Source of the DNA: Candidatus Zhuqueibacterota bacterium | Lineage (GTDB): Bacteria; Zhuqueibacterota; Zhuqueibacteria; Residuimicrobiales; Oceaniaggregativiventaceae | Assembly (NCBI GenBank): GCA_014728085.1 | Contig: WJMF01000164.1 | Coordinates: 1,418-65,417 of the forward strand | DNA length: 64,000 bases | Direction of reading: 5' to 3' | Shown: one piece after another, positions 48,053 through 57,739 of the stretch | Position numbering within the stretch: position 1 is the stretch's first letter | How the letters are laid out: every line of letters begins with the position of its first letter | Position numbers and translations under genes: made by a program | The notes under the pieces: model-generated | The model's database searches: none | Told to the model about the DNA's origin: nothing | The model's input: only the letters and a program-made list of their open reading frames with translations

Positions 48053-49194
48053 AATTCCATTTGCCCCGGTTGGGTAACAGCCCCTATAGACTCGAAAAGC
48101 CGGAGGATGTCGCTACACCGCGGCTGATTCTGTTCGAGGATCGAATTCAGGCAAACATTCAACAAATGAGAGCGCTTTTAGCTGCGCAACATCTTGACCT
48201 GTCGTTTCGAAATTTATGTCCCCATGTAAAAACACACAAATCGGCCTATATAACCGGACTTTTAAAAAACGAGGGGATATCTTTTTTCAAGAGCTCTCTC
48301 AATGAAGTTGATTTGCTTGTAAAGTGTGGGGTTGACAAAATTTTCATCGCTTATCCGTTATTGTTACACGATGCGAGACGCTTGTTTTCATGGATGCAGG
48401 AAAACGATAAAATCGAGTGGTTTGTTCAAATTTCACATCCGGCACATGTTGATATTTTAAAACAAACCATGCCTGCAACGATACCGGCGCTTTATTATTA
48501 CCTGGATATCGACGTCGGCATGCACCGTACCGGTGCCTCGCCCGACTCTGCCCTGCAGTTGTGTCGTTATGCTGAAAAAATGAACGGTTTGAGATTTGCC
48601 GGCATTCATGCGTATGCCGGTCACAATCACAGCGCCGAGGCATCAGAGCGGCAGCACATTGCACATCAGAGCATGACCGACCTGCTCTGGTGTAAAAACC
48701 GCTTTACCCGGGAAGGGATAAACGTGCCCTCCGTCATGATTGGCGGCACTCCGGGGTTTCTGGCTGATCTGGAGGTTCTGTCGCAGGCCAATCCGGAAAT
48801 GACACTTTTTGTGTCCCCGGGAACATGGATATATTCGGACTCGGATCACGCAGGTATTTTGGATAATACCTTTGAGGTTGCAGCCTTGCTTTTGGCACAG
48901 GTCGTTGATTTGCCGGCGGAGGGACTGGCGACGTTGAACATCGGCCACAAGCGCTGGTCCATTGATCAGGGCCTGCCTGATGTTTTTAATGAAGCGGATG
49001 TGCGAATTAAAAGTTTTAGTGAGGAACATACCGTTCTGGCTCTGCCGGCGGGAAAAAATCTGAACATCGGCGATTATATCCTGATGGCTCCAAAGCATGT
49101 GTGTTCAACGGTGAATCTTTGGGAGTATGGTATTTTGGTCGATTCAGAAGGACAAATTAAACAGACTATTCAGATTGATGCGCGAAATCGTTAA
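48049..49194 (+). CDS. PLP-dependent D-serine deaminase-like / D-threonine aldolase-like enzyme (alanine-racemase N-domain fold)
   Basis: ATGA overlap with the upstream gene. PLP-lysine context CPHVKTHKS. About 380 aa, matching the DSD1 family layout. Confidence 0.75.
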   Translation: MKFHLPRLGNSPYRLEKPEDVATPRLILFEDRIQANIQQMRALLAAQHLDLSFRNLCPHVKTHKSAYITGLLKNEGISFFKSSLNEVDLLVKCGVDKIFIAYPLLLHDARRLFSWMQENDKIEWFVQISHPAHVDILKQTMPATIPALYYYLDIDVGMHRTGASPDSALQLCRYAEKMNGLRFAGIHAYAGHNHSAEASERQHIAHQSMTDLLWCKNRFTREGINVPSVMIGGTPGFLADLEVLSQANPEMTLFVSPGTWIYSDSDHAGILDNTFEVAALLLAQVVDLPAEGLATLNIGHKRWSIDQGLPDVFNEADVRIKSFSEEHTVLALPAGKNLNIGDYILMAPKHVCSTVNLWEYGILVDSEGQIKQTIQIDARNR

Positions 49195-49229
49195 CGGTGA
49201 TTGTAAATTGGCTAATATGGGGTAAAATT

Positions 49230-50999
49230 ATGAAAAAGGTCATTGTTTTTATTTTGTTGTTGGTTGTTGTCGCTGTTGCAACAGAAAAATTGTCTACAGT
49301 GCGGCCCTATGAACCCATCGTTATCAATGGCTGGTCCGCTCGGGAATATACCGGTGTGCCGGTGAATGAGATTTTTGTTTTTGCCTATGACAGCGACAGC
49401 GAAAGCTGGAGCATGATACCCTTCCAGATCGACGAACGGGTCAAGCTTGACGATCCGTTTTATGAAAATCGCGCTCCGCGGCATTTCTATGTCCAGCCCA
49501 ACACGAACAGCTTTATGTATTCCATAACAGACACATTGCCGGAATGGGATGTGGATGATGAGCTTTCCTTTATGGCGGCGGATCTGGGAGACAAGGCTCC
49601 GGATGATAGCTGGATCGATAATGAAGAGGCAGTAACGCACGACCGGCTGGAACTCAGATTTGTCGATCCATTGAATAGCGACTGCGAAGGGTATGCTTAC
49701 CTCTACCGCTCCTCTACATTAACCATGCCGGATTCGGTGGCGACAAAATACGGTATGAGCTTTGAACCCTATCAGCATATCGTTGAAAGTAATATGTACA
49801 GGGTGCGGCTTCAGCGGCAACAGACGAGCGCGCAGAACGGTTTATTGTCAAATGTATCCATCAAATCGCCGTTTGGGACGGGAGTTGATATTTTTGATAT
49901 CCAAAAGTTGCGTTTTCAGGGCAGTATCACCAGGGGATCATTTTATCTTCCGATTGGTAAAAATGGAACGCCGGCAGGAGACGAGGATTTTCTCGTTGTC
50001 TATGATAATGAAGACTATTTATCCTATACGGCAAATCCCGTCGTTCGCGTGGTCCGTGAAGTGCGGCAGACGGTGGGAGGACAAAATTCACGGATAGATG
50101 AATTTGGCTTTTATGTGCGGACAAAGTTTTATCCCTTCAGCGGCACAATCGAGGGAGGAGCCAGTCTGCATTCGGATAGTCTGAGTTCAGAACTCGATCC
50201 GGGTGAAGATTATTACGTGGAGCTGGAATACATTCGGCAGTCCTGGGATTTAAACGCGAATGCCGCCGGCATGCGTTACTATAACCGCCATAACACCGGC
50301 ATTGTTGTGGACGGCAACCCGGACCAGGTGGATACATCCGTTGATGTGCCCATCTCGGAATGGAACATGGTCAGCGGTGAACAGGGCACCTTTTTCAATT
50401 ATGTTGAACTTGAGGAAAGCAACTGGCAAAGCGTACAGTTATATTACCGCGACAATGCCGGTGGCGGTGTTTCCGATGATATTGATGCTGAAAACAGCGA
50501 TACAGGTGACATGAAAAGTTATGGCGATCATGGATTGATGATGCACCGCCAGACCGATCCCGGCAACATCAACCTCGAATTGGGGTTCATCGCCTATTTT
50601 TTGCCTGCCAATAAGGATCGGGTGTTTGCCGAAAAACTGGCGACCTGGATACAAACCCCGATCCGACCTCCTCAGCATCGGCTTGTGGCCGGTGTTGATG
50701 ATGTCGCGCATTCGGTGCCGGATGCTTTCAGGCTCTGGCAGAATTATCCCAATCCTTTCAACGGCACCACCAGGGTTCGCTTTGCCTTGTCGCGGCCTCA
50801 GCATCTGGTCATATCGGTCTACGATTTGACGGGCAAAGAGGTGGTCAGACTGGCTGATGACCATTTTCCCGGCGGTGTGCATGAGCTGGCCTGGGCGGCG
50901 ACAAATTCCCGGGGAGAGAGTGTTGCTTCGGGGCTTTATATTCTAAAACTATCCGCTGCCGATGTTGTTCAAACCCGAAAACTGGTCTATATCAGGTAG
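49230..50999 (+). CDS. Secreted protein with C-terminal T9SS sorting domain (Por_Secre_tail)
   Basis: The ORF is 49197..50999; the likely start is MKKVIVFILLL (49230). The last about 80 aa contain NYPNPFN...VYDLTGKEV...GLYILKL, characteristic of the T9SS CTD. N-terminal domain is unknown. Confidence 0.8.
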   Translation: MKKVIVFILLLVVVAVATEKLSTVRPYEPIVINGWSAREYTGVPVNEIFVFAYDSDSESWSMIPFQIDERVKLDDPFYENRAPRHFYVQPNTNSFMYSITDTLPEWDVDDELSFMAADLGDKAPDDSWIDNEEAVTHDRLELRFVDPLNSDCEGYAYLYRSSTLTMPDSVATKYGMSFEPYQHIVESNMYRVRLQRQQTSAQNGLLSNVSIKSPFGTGVDIFDIQKLRFQGSITRGSFYLPIGKNGTPAGDEDFLVVYDNEDYLSYTANPVVRVVREVRQTVGGQNSRIDEFGFYVRTKFYPFSGTIEGGASLHSDSLSSELDPGEDYYVELEYIRQSWDLNANAAGMRYYNRHNTGIVVDGNPDQVDTSVDVPISEWNMVSGEQGTFFNYVELEESNWQSVQLYYRDNAGGGVSDDIDAENSDTGDMKSYGDHGLMMHRQTDPGNINLELGFIAYFLPANKDRVFAEKLATWIQTPIRPPQHRLVAGVDDVAHSVPDAFRLWQNYPNPFNGTTRVRFALSRPQHLVISVYDLTGKEVVRLADDHFPGGVHELAWAATNSRGESVASGLYILKLSAADVVQTRKLVYIR

Positions 51000-51004
51000 A
51001 GCGT

Positions 51005-51808
51005 ATGATGACAAGATCTTTATTCTATATATTTGCAAGCCTGCTTGTTGTGGGCGGGTGCTCAGTTGATCACGGCATTGCCCCCCTGCCGGGCCGCCTT
51101 GAAGTGGATGTCTCTTTTCGCGGCGAGGCACCGCCGAACACACGGGGAATCTATCTCATTGTGGCGCCGCAATTTCCACCGCATGCGATCAATGAACTCT
51201 ATCAGGTGCCCAATAGTCTGCCGCTGGATCAGAAACAGATTTCCACCGGGATCGATTTGCCCTATGGTCACTATGATGCCTTTGCGCTGTGGTGGTACAG
51301 CTCAGATACCAAATCCAATCTCGCGGATATACTGGCCATGCCATTGGACTATACCAATTTCTATCTGCCAATGGGGTTTGATATCACGCGGGAACAGCCG
51401 GTGGTGAAAAAGTCGTTGATCGCGGACTGGAACGGCGTCAACCGCGATGCCGCCATCAAGGGGACGATAACCTTTAACGGTCCCTTTCCGGACAACACCC
51501 TGGCGGTTGCGGTTGCGGCGTTTAAATACAAGCCGGAAGCACCGGTACACTTTCTCATCTATTTGAAATCCATTGATTTTGGTGTTGATGAGAATCCCTA
51601 TGATTTTATTTTGCCGGTTCGACGCGGGGGGACCGGTTATATCGCGGCTTATTGGTTGCCGGAAAATGCGGCATTAATGGATTTTAGAGAGATCGGCGTC
51701 TATCGCGATCCGGCGGCACCGGAACATCCGGGCAAGGTAACGCTTTCCAGCGGCGAGACCAGAAGCGGTATAAATATCGAGGCTGACTGGAACAAGATAG
51801 AGGATTGA
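51005..51808 (+). CDS. Hypothetical lipoprotein
   Basis: Signal peptide with lipobox LVVGGCS. 267 aa, no known motifs. Confidence 0.6.
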   Translation: MMTRSLFYIFASLLVVGGCSVDHGIAPLPGRLEVDVSFRGEAPPNTRGIYLIVAPQFPPHAINELYQVPNSLPLDQKQISTGIDLPYGHYDAFALWWYSSDTKSNLADILAMPLDYTNFYLPMGFDITREQPVVKKSLIADWNGVNRDAAIKGTITFNGPFPDNTLAVAVAAFKYKPEAPVHFLIYLKSIDFGVDENPYDFILPVRRGGTGYIAAYWLPENAALMDFREIGVYRDPAAPEHPGKVTLSSGETRSGINIEADWNKIED

Positions 51809-51815
51809 TCGGCAA

Positions 51816-53966
51816 ATGCAAAAATACGCTATAATTGTCTTTATATTGATTTGCAGCCCGGGTATTATCTTTGCGCAACATACGGGGCTGAGCGGTCGGG
51901 TCGTTGATTCGGAAGACGGTACCCCCCTTGCCGGTGTCAATATACAGATACTGGGTACGACAAGGGGTGCGAGTACGGATTTACAGGGAAAGTATATTAT
52001 TGAAAGAGCTCCGGTGGGCAGTTTTACGGTGCGGGCCTCAATGATCGGATACCGGGCCAAAATATTTAAAGAGGTACGATTACGGGTTGGTCAGAACAAC
52101 CGGCTCGATATAAAATTGGTCGCAACGCCCATTGAATTTGATCCGATTGTTGTTTTGGGCGGAAAATCCAAACAGAGGCTGGATCAGGCGCCGGTCTCCA
52201 TTTCCGTGATAACCGCCAAAGAGATCGAACAGCGCAATCCGGTCGATTTGATAGAGGCGCTGGAAACCATGCCGGGTGTGCATTTTGTCGGAAATCAGAT
52301 CAATATACGCGGATCGACGGGTTATACGTTTGGAGCCGGCAATAAAGTTTTATTGCTTTTGGATGGCGTCCCGGTATATGCCAGCGATACCGGCGAGTTC
52401 AATTGGGATATGCTTTCCCCTTTTGATGTGGAGCAGATCGAGGTTTTAAAGGGTGCAGGCTCGACATTGTGGGGAGCTTCGGCGCTGGGTGGCGTCGTCA
52501 ACATTATTACCAAAGATCCTTCGCCGCAGGGCAAACTCGGCATTTCCTACAGTGTTGGACGCTATGACGATCCTTTTTACCAGGAGTGGTATTGGACGAA
52601 TCATGAACGGCTGCATTTCACCCGGGAAGATGTCAGTTATAGCAAGCGAATCGGCTCGTTGGGTTTGCGTTTGTCGGCTTCCCGCTTTATGTCTACGGGA
52701 TACAGGGAGCTGGGCGATGCGCAAAAGATTGCTCTGACGGGAAAGCTCGATTATCGGTTTGGCGATGTGTTGTGGAACAACTATATTGCTTATAGTAAGA
52801 TCGATCGCGGATTTTTCCTGCAGTGGAAGAGCCAAAATGATCCTTACGAGGTTGACCCGCGTAATCTGGGAAACCAGGCTGACGTCAATCAGCTAAATTT
52901 TTACACCAAAGTAACCATTCCATTTTCCGCCAAGTTTTCAATTCAGTTTCGGGGATCTTTTGTTCGTACGTTGATGGGCAATCAATTCAGCAGCAGCGCT
53001 GATTTTAATCCTGCTATCGGCCAGGGGGTTGAGGTACAATTTGATTATCTTCCTGTTTCTCCTCACCATTTTACCGGCGGCGTGCAGTTTCAGTACGATG
53101 CCGGAAGTGCCAAATTTTTCGGCGATCACAAAGGATATTTTATTGGTCCCTATTTTCAGGATGAATGGAAAATAAATGACAACCTTCGCGTCACCACCGG
53201 CTTTCGCTATGACCGCTATCAGCTCATTAACGGATTAAAGGAAGACCTCTTCAGTCCGCGCCTGGGCATAAACTGGCAACCCTGGTCCACAACGACGGTG
53301 AGGGGATCGGTAGGCAGCGGCTTTCGGGCTGCCACCATTGTGGAACGCTTTTTTGAGTATAATGTGATGAATTTTAAAGTTTTATCCAATCCGGACCTCA
53401 AAGCCGAGAGTTCCTGGGCTTATGATATCGGATTCAGGCATTACTTTACAGATTTTTTTAATATCGATGTTTCATTTTTTGATAACGAGTACTGGGAATT
53501 GATCGAAGCGCATATGGATTTGATTCGGGGTCAGATCCAGTTTCGCAATGTGCCGCGGGCGCGTATTCGAGGCGTTGAATTGTCGGTGAACACCTCTTTT
53601 CCGATCTATTTTCTGGAGGTTGATCTGCAAACCAGTATGACGACAATGGATCATGAAAATTTACATGTTAACGCCCCCCTGCCCTATCGGCCGGAGACAA
53701 TCGGAAACCTCAAGGCCGCGCTTCGATTCAAAACGTTTCAATGGCAGCTGGATTATCGTTACGCAAGCCGGATCGAAGCGGTTAAGGTTTACCCCATAAA
53801 CGAACGGGTACCAATGAAGATCATTGACACCCGTTTATTATACCGATATAACCAATTCGCCGTTCATTTTGCCGTGAACAATTTATTGCAATACAACTAT
53901 GCGCCTATGGAGAGTAATCTTTTGCCGATGCGTCATTTTGTTCTTGGCGTTAAAGCGGAATTTTAA
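51816..53966 (+). CDS. TonB-dependent outer-membrane receptor with N-terminal carboxypeptidase-regulatory-like domain
   Basis: Signal peptide. CarbopepD_reg-like LSGRVVDSEDGTPLAGVNIQI. Plug (VLLLLDGVPVY) and 22-strand barrel. Ends in a C-terminal Phe. Confidence 0.88.
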   Translation: MQKYAIIVFILICSPGIIFAQHTGLSGRVVDSEDGTPLAGVNIQILGTTRGASTDLQGKYIIERAPVGSFTVRASMIGYRAKIFKEVRLRVGQNNRLDIKLVATPIEFDPIVVLGGKSKQRLDQAPVSISVITAKEIEQRNPVDLIEALETMPGVHFVGNQINIRGSTGYTFGAGNKVLLLLDGVPVYASDTGEFNWDMLSPFDVEQIEVLKGAGSTLWGASALGGVVNIITKDPSPQGKLGISYSVGRYDDPFYQEWYWTNHERLHFTREDVSYSKRIGSLGLRLSASRFMSTGYRELGDAQKIALTGKLDYRFGDVLWNNYIAYSKIDRGFFLQWKSQNDPYEVDPRNLGNQADVNQLNFYTKVTIPFSAKFSIQFRGSFVRTLMGNQFSSSADFNPAIGQGVEVQFDYLPVSPHHFTGGVQFQYDAGSAKFFGDHKGYFIGPYFQDEWKINDNLRVTTGFRYDRYQLINGLKEDLFSPRLGINWQPWSTTTVRGSVGSGFRAATIVERFFEYNVMNFKVLSNPDLKAESSWAYDIGFRHYFTDFFNIDVSFFDNEYWELIEAHMDLIRGQIQFRNVPRARIRGVELSVNTSFPIYFLEVDLQTSMTTMDHENLHVNAPLPYRPETIGNLKAALRFKTFQWQLDYRYASRIEAVKVYPINERVPMKIIDTRLLYRYNQFAVHFAVNNLLQYNYAPMESNLLPMRHFVLGVKAEF

Positions 53967-55759
53967 AAATACATGCCGCGATAATCCTCGATATTCGATT
54001 TTTCCTTTTGTCTTGTATACCATTGATTGTAAATCATGTTCTGGCGTCGGTTTATCAGCTGATAGAGCAGGCTTGTTTTTTGGCCGGCATAGTTCTCTTC
54101 GTTGATATCCTTTTTATCGATCAGCTGAATGAGATAATAACCACGACTGCCTTTGACCGGTTTGGAAATTTCGCCAACTTGCAGCGCATAAGCGGCGCCT
54201 GTCACTCTGGGTTCCCGGCCTATGCCTTTGATGGATGCGGACACATTGACCAGGTCTGAGGATTTTACCTGCAAGCTGTCCTGCATTGCAGCCTCATCCA
54301 GCGGTGTTCCTTGTTGGATTTGTTCGTAAATCCGTTTAGCCCGGTTTTTTGCCACTTGCATCCTTTTTTCTTCTTCGAGTTTATTGATGATTTGATTGCG
54401 AACCTCTTCCAGGGGTTTGGTGTGTTCGGGAATGACCTCTGCAACCTCAACAACATAAAAGCCTTTTGCCGTGTTGTAGACAGGGCTTACAGTGCCGACT
54501 TGACTACGATATGCAAAGCGGTTAATTCGCTGTTCCATACCAATTCCTGGAATAAAGGCTTCTTTTTCAAAGGGCGGAGTAATTTGTATTTCTATTCCTT
54601 CTGCCTGTGCAACTGTATCCAAATTGGTCTCTATGGCGAACTCGGAGATGTATTCCGCTTCTTCTCGCTGAGATTCAACAGTCATGGGTGAGGCTTCAAA
54701 TTTCAGGAGAATGTGACTGGCCCGAACCTGCATTTCGCCCTGTTCGCGTTTTTTGTCGACAACTTTGATAATGTGAACGCCGAATTGTGAGGTGACGGGG
54801 CCGACAATGTCACCTTCCCGGGCATTGAATGCAGCTTGTTCAAATGGTTTTACCATTTGTCCCCGGCCAAAATATCCGAGGTCGCCGTCTTGTTGTGCCG
54901 AGCCGGGATCCTGGGAGTAAATTTTGGCCAGCTCACCAAAATTGGCTCCTTCTTTGGCTTCTTTTAACAATTCTTCGGCTTCGTTATAGATTCGCTGGGT
55001 ATCAGCGCTTGTCGTCGAGGTTTCCAGAAAGACATATTTCAAACTGCGCCGTTCATTCTCATGATATTCTTCTTTGTGTTGTTGATAATGCTCTAAAATT
55101 TCGGTATCGCCGGGAGCCTGAACTTCCTTCGCATAGTTGGTCGCATTGAAAAAGAGATAATCTATTTTGATTTTGGCGTTTTGTTTGAGATATTCAAGAT
55201 AAGTATCTGTTTCCGAAACCAATACGGATGCTTTGAGCATTCTGTCGAGTTTCTCATAGGGCAGGCTGGCTCTGACATAATTTTCGACCGGGACCCAATC
55301 CGCGCCGGGATTGTTAAGCGCCTGTTGATACTTTTCCATATTGAAATTTCCGGCCGAATCCTGGAACACCTCCTGATTTTTGATCAACTCCGGCGGATCA
55401 TTAAAAATGGTTTGAACCACTTCTTCATTGGTTGCATCCAAATTCATTTTTTGGATATAATCCGCAATCAGGCGTTGCTGTACGAGCCCCTCGAAAACCT
55501 GATTTTCGAGCTGTTGCAGCTGATATCCTTCCGGGTCTTCACCGGATCGTTCGCGATATTGTGCCATTTGAGATTGATATTGATTATAAAATTCATCATA
55601 AGATATTTCATCGCCATTTACTTCACCAATAACGCCGCGGGTCTGGGTTTGTTTAACTCCGCCCATACCCCAATTAAATATGATGGTTGCTATAAACGCT
55701 CCCACCAATATAAGCAGAATTGTCTTGGTGTTTTGTCGCATTCGATTCATTAAAGCCAT
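53963..55759 (-). CDS. ppiD: Periplasmic chaperone PpiD/SurA-like parvulin peptidyl-prolyl isomerase
   Basis: N-terminal TM. Parvulin domain DLGYFGRGQMVKPFEQAAF...GPVTSQFGVHIIKV. 598 aa. Confidence 0.8.
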   Translation of the reverse strand: MALMNRMRQNTKTILLILVGAFIATIIFNWGMGGVKQTQTRGVIGEVNGDEISYDEFYNQYQSQMAQYRERSGEDPEGYQLQQLENQVFEGLVQQRLIADYIQKMNLDATNEEVVQTIFNDPPELIKNQEVFQDSAGNFNMEKYQQALNNPGADWVPVENYVRASLPYEKLDRMLKASVLVSETDTYLEYLKQNAKIKIDYLFFNATNYAKEVQAPGDTEILEHYQQHKEEYHENERRSLKYVFLETSTTSADTQRIYNEAEELLKEAKEGANFGELAKIYSQDPGSAQQDGDLGYFGRGQMVKPFEQAAFNAREGDIVGPVTSQFGVHIIKVVDKKREQGEMQVRASHILLKFEASPMTVESQREEAEYISEFAIETNLDTVAQAEGIEIQITPPFEKEAFIPGIGMEQRINRFAYRSQVGTVSPVYNTAKGFYVVEVAEVIPEHTKPLEEVRNQIINKLEEEKRMQVAKNRAKRIYEQIQQGTPLDEAAMQDSLQVKSSDLVNVSASIKGIGREPRVTGAAYALQVGEISKPVKGSRGYYLIQLIDKKDINEENYAGQKTSLLYQLINRRQNMIYNQWYTRQKEKSNIEDYRGMYF

Positions 55760-55899
55760 AAATAATACCTCGTTGCTTATTTTTTACAAGATCTTTTTGG
55801 CGGAATTTTTATAATTAAGAAATATACTCAGCCATTCAATAAAAATCAAGGTGTTTTTGTTTTTCTAATTTCAGGTTTTTATTCAAATTACAATTTTTG

Positions 55900-55928
55900 T
55901 TGATTTTTTGGTCAAAAACAGTTAATAT
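55900..55928 (+). promoter_or_regulatory. Putative sigma70-type promoter of the PTS operon (TTGATT-17 nt-TAATAT)
   Basis: -35 TTGATT at 55900-55905, a 17-nt spacer, -10 TAATAT at 55923-55928. About 70 nt upstream of PTS IIC. Confidence 0.3.
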
Positions 55929-55999
55929 TATATTCAACCCGAGCCCGCGCACAGGGTTTCCTGATTTTTTAGAATTCAATCATTTTCCCGGAGTTTTTT

Positions 56000-56686
56000 A
56001 TGTGGCTTGAACTGCTAGCTGTTGCCTTATGGGGAGGTATTGTAGCGCTGGATACGACAGCAGCATTCCAGTTTATGGTTTCGCAACCGATTGTTGCAGC
56101 TTCTGTAGTCGGGCTATTGATGGGAAATTTTCCCCTGGCTTTTGCTGTGGGGTTGTTTTTGCAGTTGATTTGGTTGAATGAACTGCCTGTTGGCGCCGCC
56201 TATTTTTCCGAGGGCAATATCGGATCTGTTGTTGCTGCGGCTGTGGCAATTTTTAGCGTTGAAGTTACAGGGCGTCCGACGTCTTCCCTGGCCCTTTCAC
56301 TTTTGTTTGGGGTATTAACAGCGTATATCGGCGGCAAGGTTGTCCTTTTAATGCGTAATTTTAACGGTAAGCGATATCATGCTTTATTAACAATTGAATC
56401 CCTTAAGGTTTCGCACATCGAGCGGGCGCATTTATGTTCTCTCTGGTTTTTATTTTTCAGTGGAGTTGTCACGACTTTTGTTTTGATTTTTTTGGGAGGC
56501 AGAATTATACTTCCTCTGGTTATTGATTTTTTGCCTCTTTTTGTTGATAACTGGCTGGCTCCGGTTAGCAGCGCCTTTTTGGGTATTGGTTTTGCAATTT
56601 TATTTTATATTTTTTACAGCAAAAGAGAGTGGTGGTTGCTCCTTGCATCGGTCGTGGGCGGATTTATTTTGGTTTCTTTGATATAA
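56000..56686 (+). CDS. PTS mannose/fructose/sorbose-family IIC component
   Basis: 228 aa and polytopic. ManY-like N-terminus and Gly-rich TM pattern. Confidence 0.75.
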   Translation: MWLELLAVALWGGIVALDTTAAFQFMVSQPIVAASVVGLLMGNFPLAFAVGLFLQLIWLNELPVGAAYFSEGNIGSVVAAAVAIFSVEVTGRPTSSLALSLLFGVLTAYIGGKVVLLMRNFNGKRYHALLTIESLKVSHIERAHLCSLWFLFFSGVVTTFVLIFLGGRIILPLVIDFLPLFVDNWLAPVSSAFLGIGFAILFYIFYSKREWWLLLASVVGGFILVSLI

Positions 56687-56687
56687 A

Positions 56688-57449
56688 ATGGAGTCGTTTG
56701 TTATGGAGCGTATCAAACGCTCGGATCTATATCGCATTCTTTTTAAAAGTTTTTTGATACAGGGCTCCTGGAATTTTCAGTCAATGCTGGGATTGGGTTT
56801 TTGTTATTGTCTCATACCTGTTTTAAACCGGCTTTACGGTGACGAACGAGAACGTCAGGCTTTTTTAAGACGACATATAGAATTTTTTAATGCACATCCC
56901 TATTTCAGTACCTGGAGCCTGGGTGCCGTTTCCAAGCTGGAAGAAGAAGCTAAACACAAAAAATGGAAAAACCATCAACCTATAAACTTGTTTAAAAACC
57001 GGACAGTGGGGGTGCTGGGTGTTATCGGTGACCGGCTTTTTTGGAATGGATTCAAACCGGCAGCAGCGGCCATGGCCGTAACGATCGGCTTGTTTAGCTG
57101 GGTGGCTATACCGCTTTTTTTGATCGTTTACAATATTCCGCATCTATATGTGAGGATAAAAGGATTGAATCTTGGATATCGAAAAGGATTTGATATTGTA
57201 TCGAATCTTTCCGTGCGTCGTTTTGAGAAATATTTTAGCCTGGCCAGCAAAGCCGGAGTTGTTTTTACCGGTTTATATTTTGGGGCAGCAAGCCTGGAGA
57301 GCTGGGGAGGCGGGAGGGCTTCTTTTTTAACCTTTATTACCGCCATTCCGGTCACCCTCTTGTTAACGCGTAAGGGAAAATCTATAGCAATGTGCGTGTC
57401 AGCCTCTGTGGTTTTGGCTGTTCTGTGGGGCGCTATTTTCAGTAGCTGA
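56688..57449 (+). CDS. PTS mannose/fructose/sorbose-family IID component
   Basis: ManZ-like motifs (FNAHPYFS, GDRLFW). Starts 2 nt after IIC. Confidence 0.75.
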   Translation: MESFVMERIKRSDLYRILFKSFLIQGSWNFQSMLGLGFCYCLIPVLNRLYGDERERQAFLRRHIEFFNAHPYFSTWSLGAVSKLEEEAKHKKWKNHQPINLFKNRTVGVLGVIGDRLFWNGFKPAAAAMAVTIGLFSWVAIPLFLIVYNIPHLYVRIKGLNLGYRKGFDIVSNLSVRRFEKYFSLASKAGVVFTGLYFGAASLESWGGGRASFLTFITAIPVTLLLTRKGKSIAMCVSASVVLAVLWGAIFSS

Positions 57450-57462
57450 TAAGGATGAATTT

Positions 57463-57732
57463 ATGTTGAGCAAGGTGTTTAAAATCAAAAATAAAATGGG
57501 TATACATGCACGTCCTGCGAGTTTATTGGTCAAGACCGCCTCACAGTTTGAATCTTCTGTTTATATATCGAAAGACAGTCAGGAAGTCAATGGAAAGAGT
57601 ATTATGGGAATATTAATGCTGGAAGCCGGTTTTGGCAGTGAAATTACCGTCAGCGTTGACGGAAAGGATGAAGCAAGGGCTTTACACGCATTGGAAAAAG
57701 TTATTGATAAGGATCAATTTAACGAAGAGTAA
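57463..57732 (+). CDS. ptsH: Phosphocarrier protein HPr
   Basis: 89 aa. His15 context GIHARPAS. Ser46 context GKSIMGIL. Confidence 0.9.
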   Translation: MLSKVFKIKNKMGIHARPASLLVKTASQFESSVYISKDSQEVNGKSIMGILMLEAGFGSEITVSVDGKDEARALHALEKVIDKDQFNEE

Positions 57733-57739
57733 TATGTAA

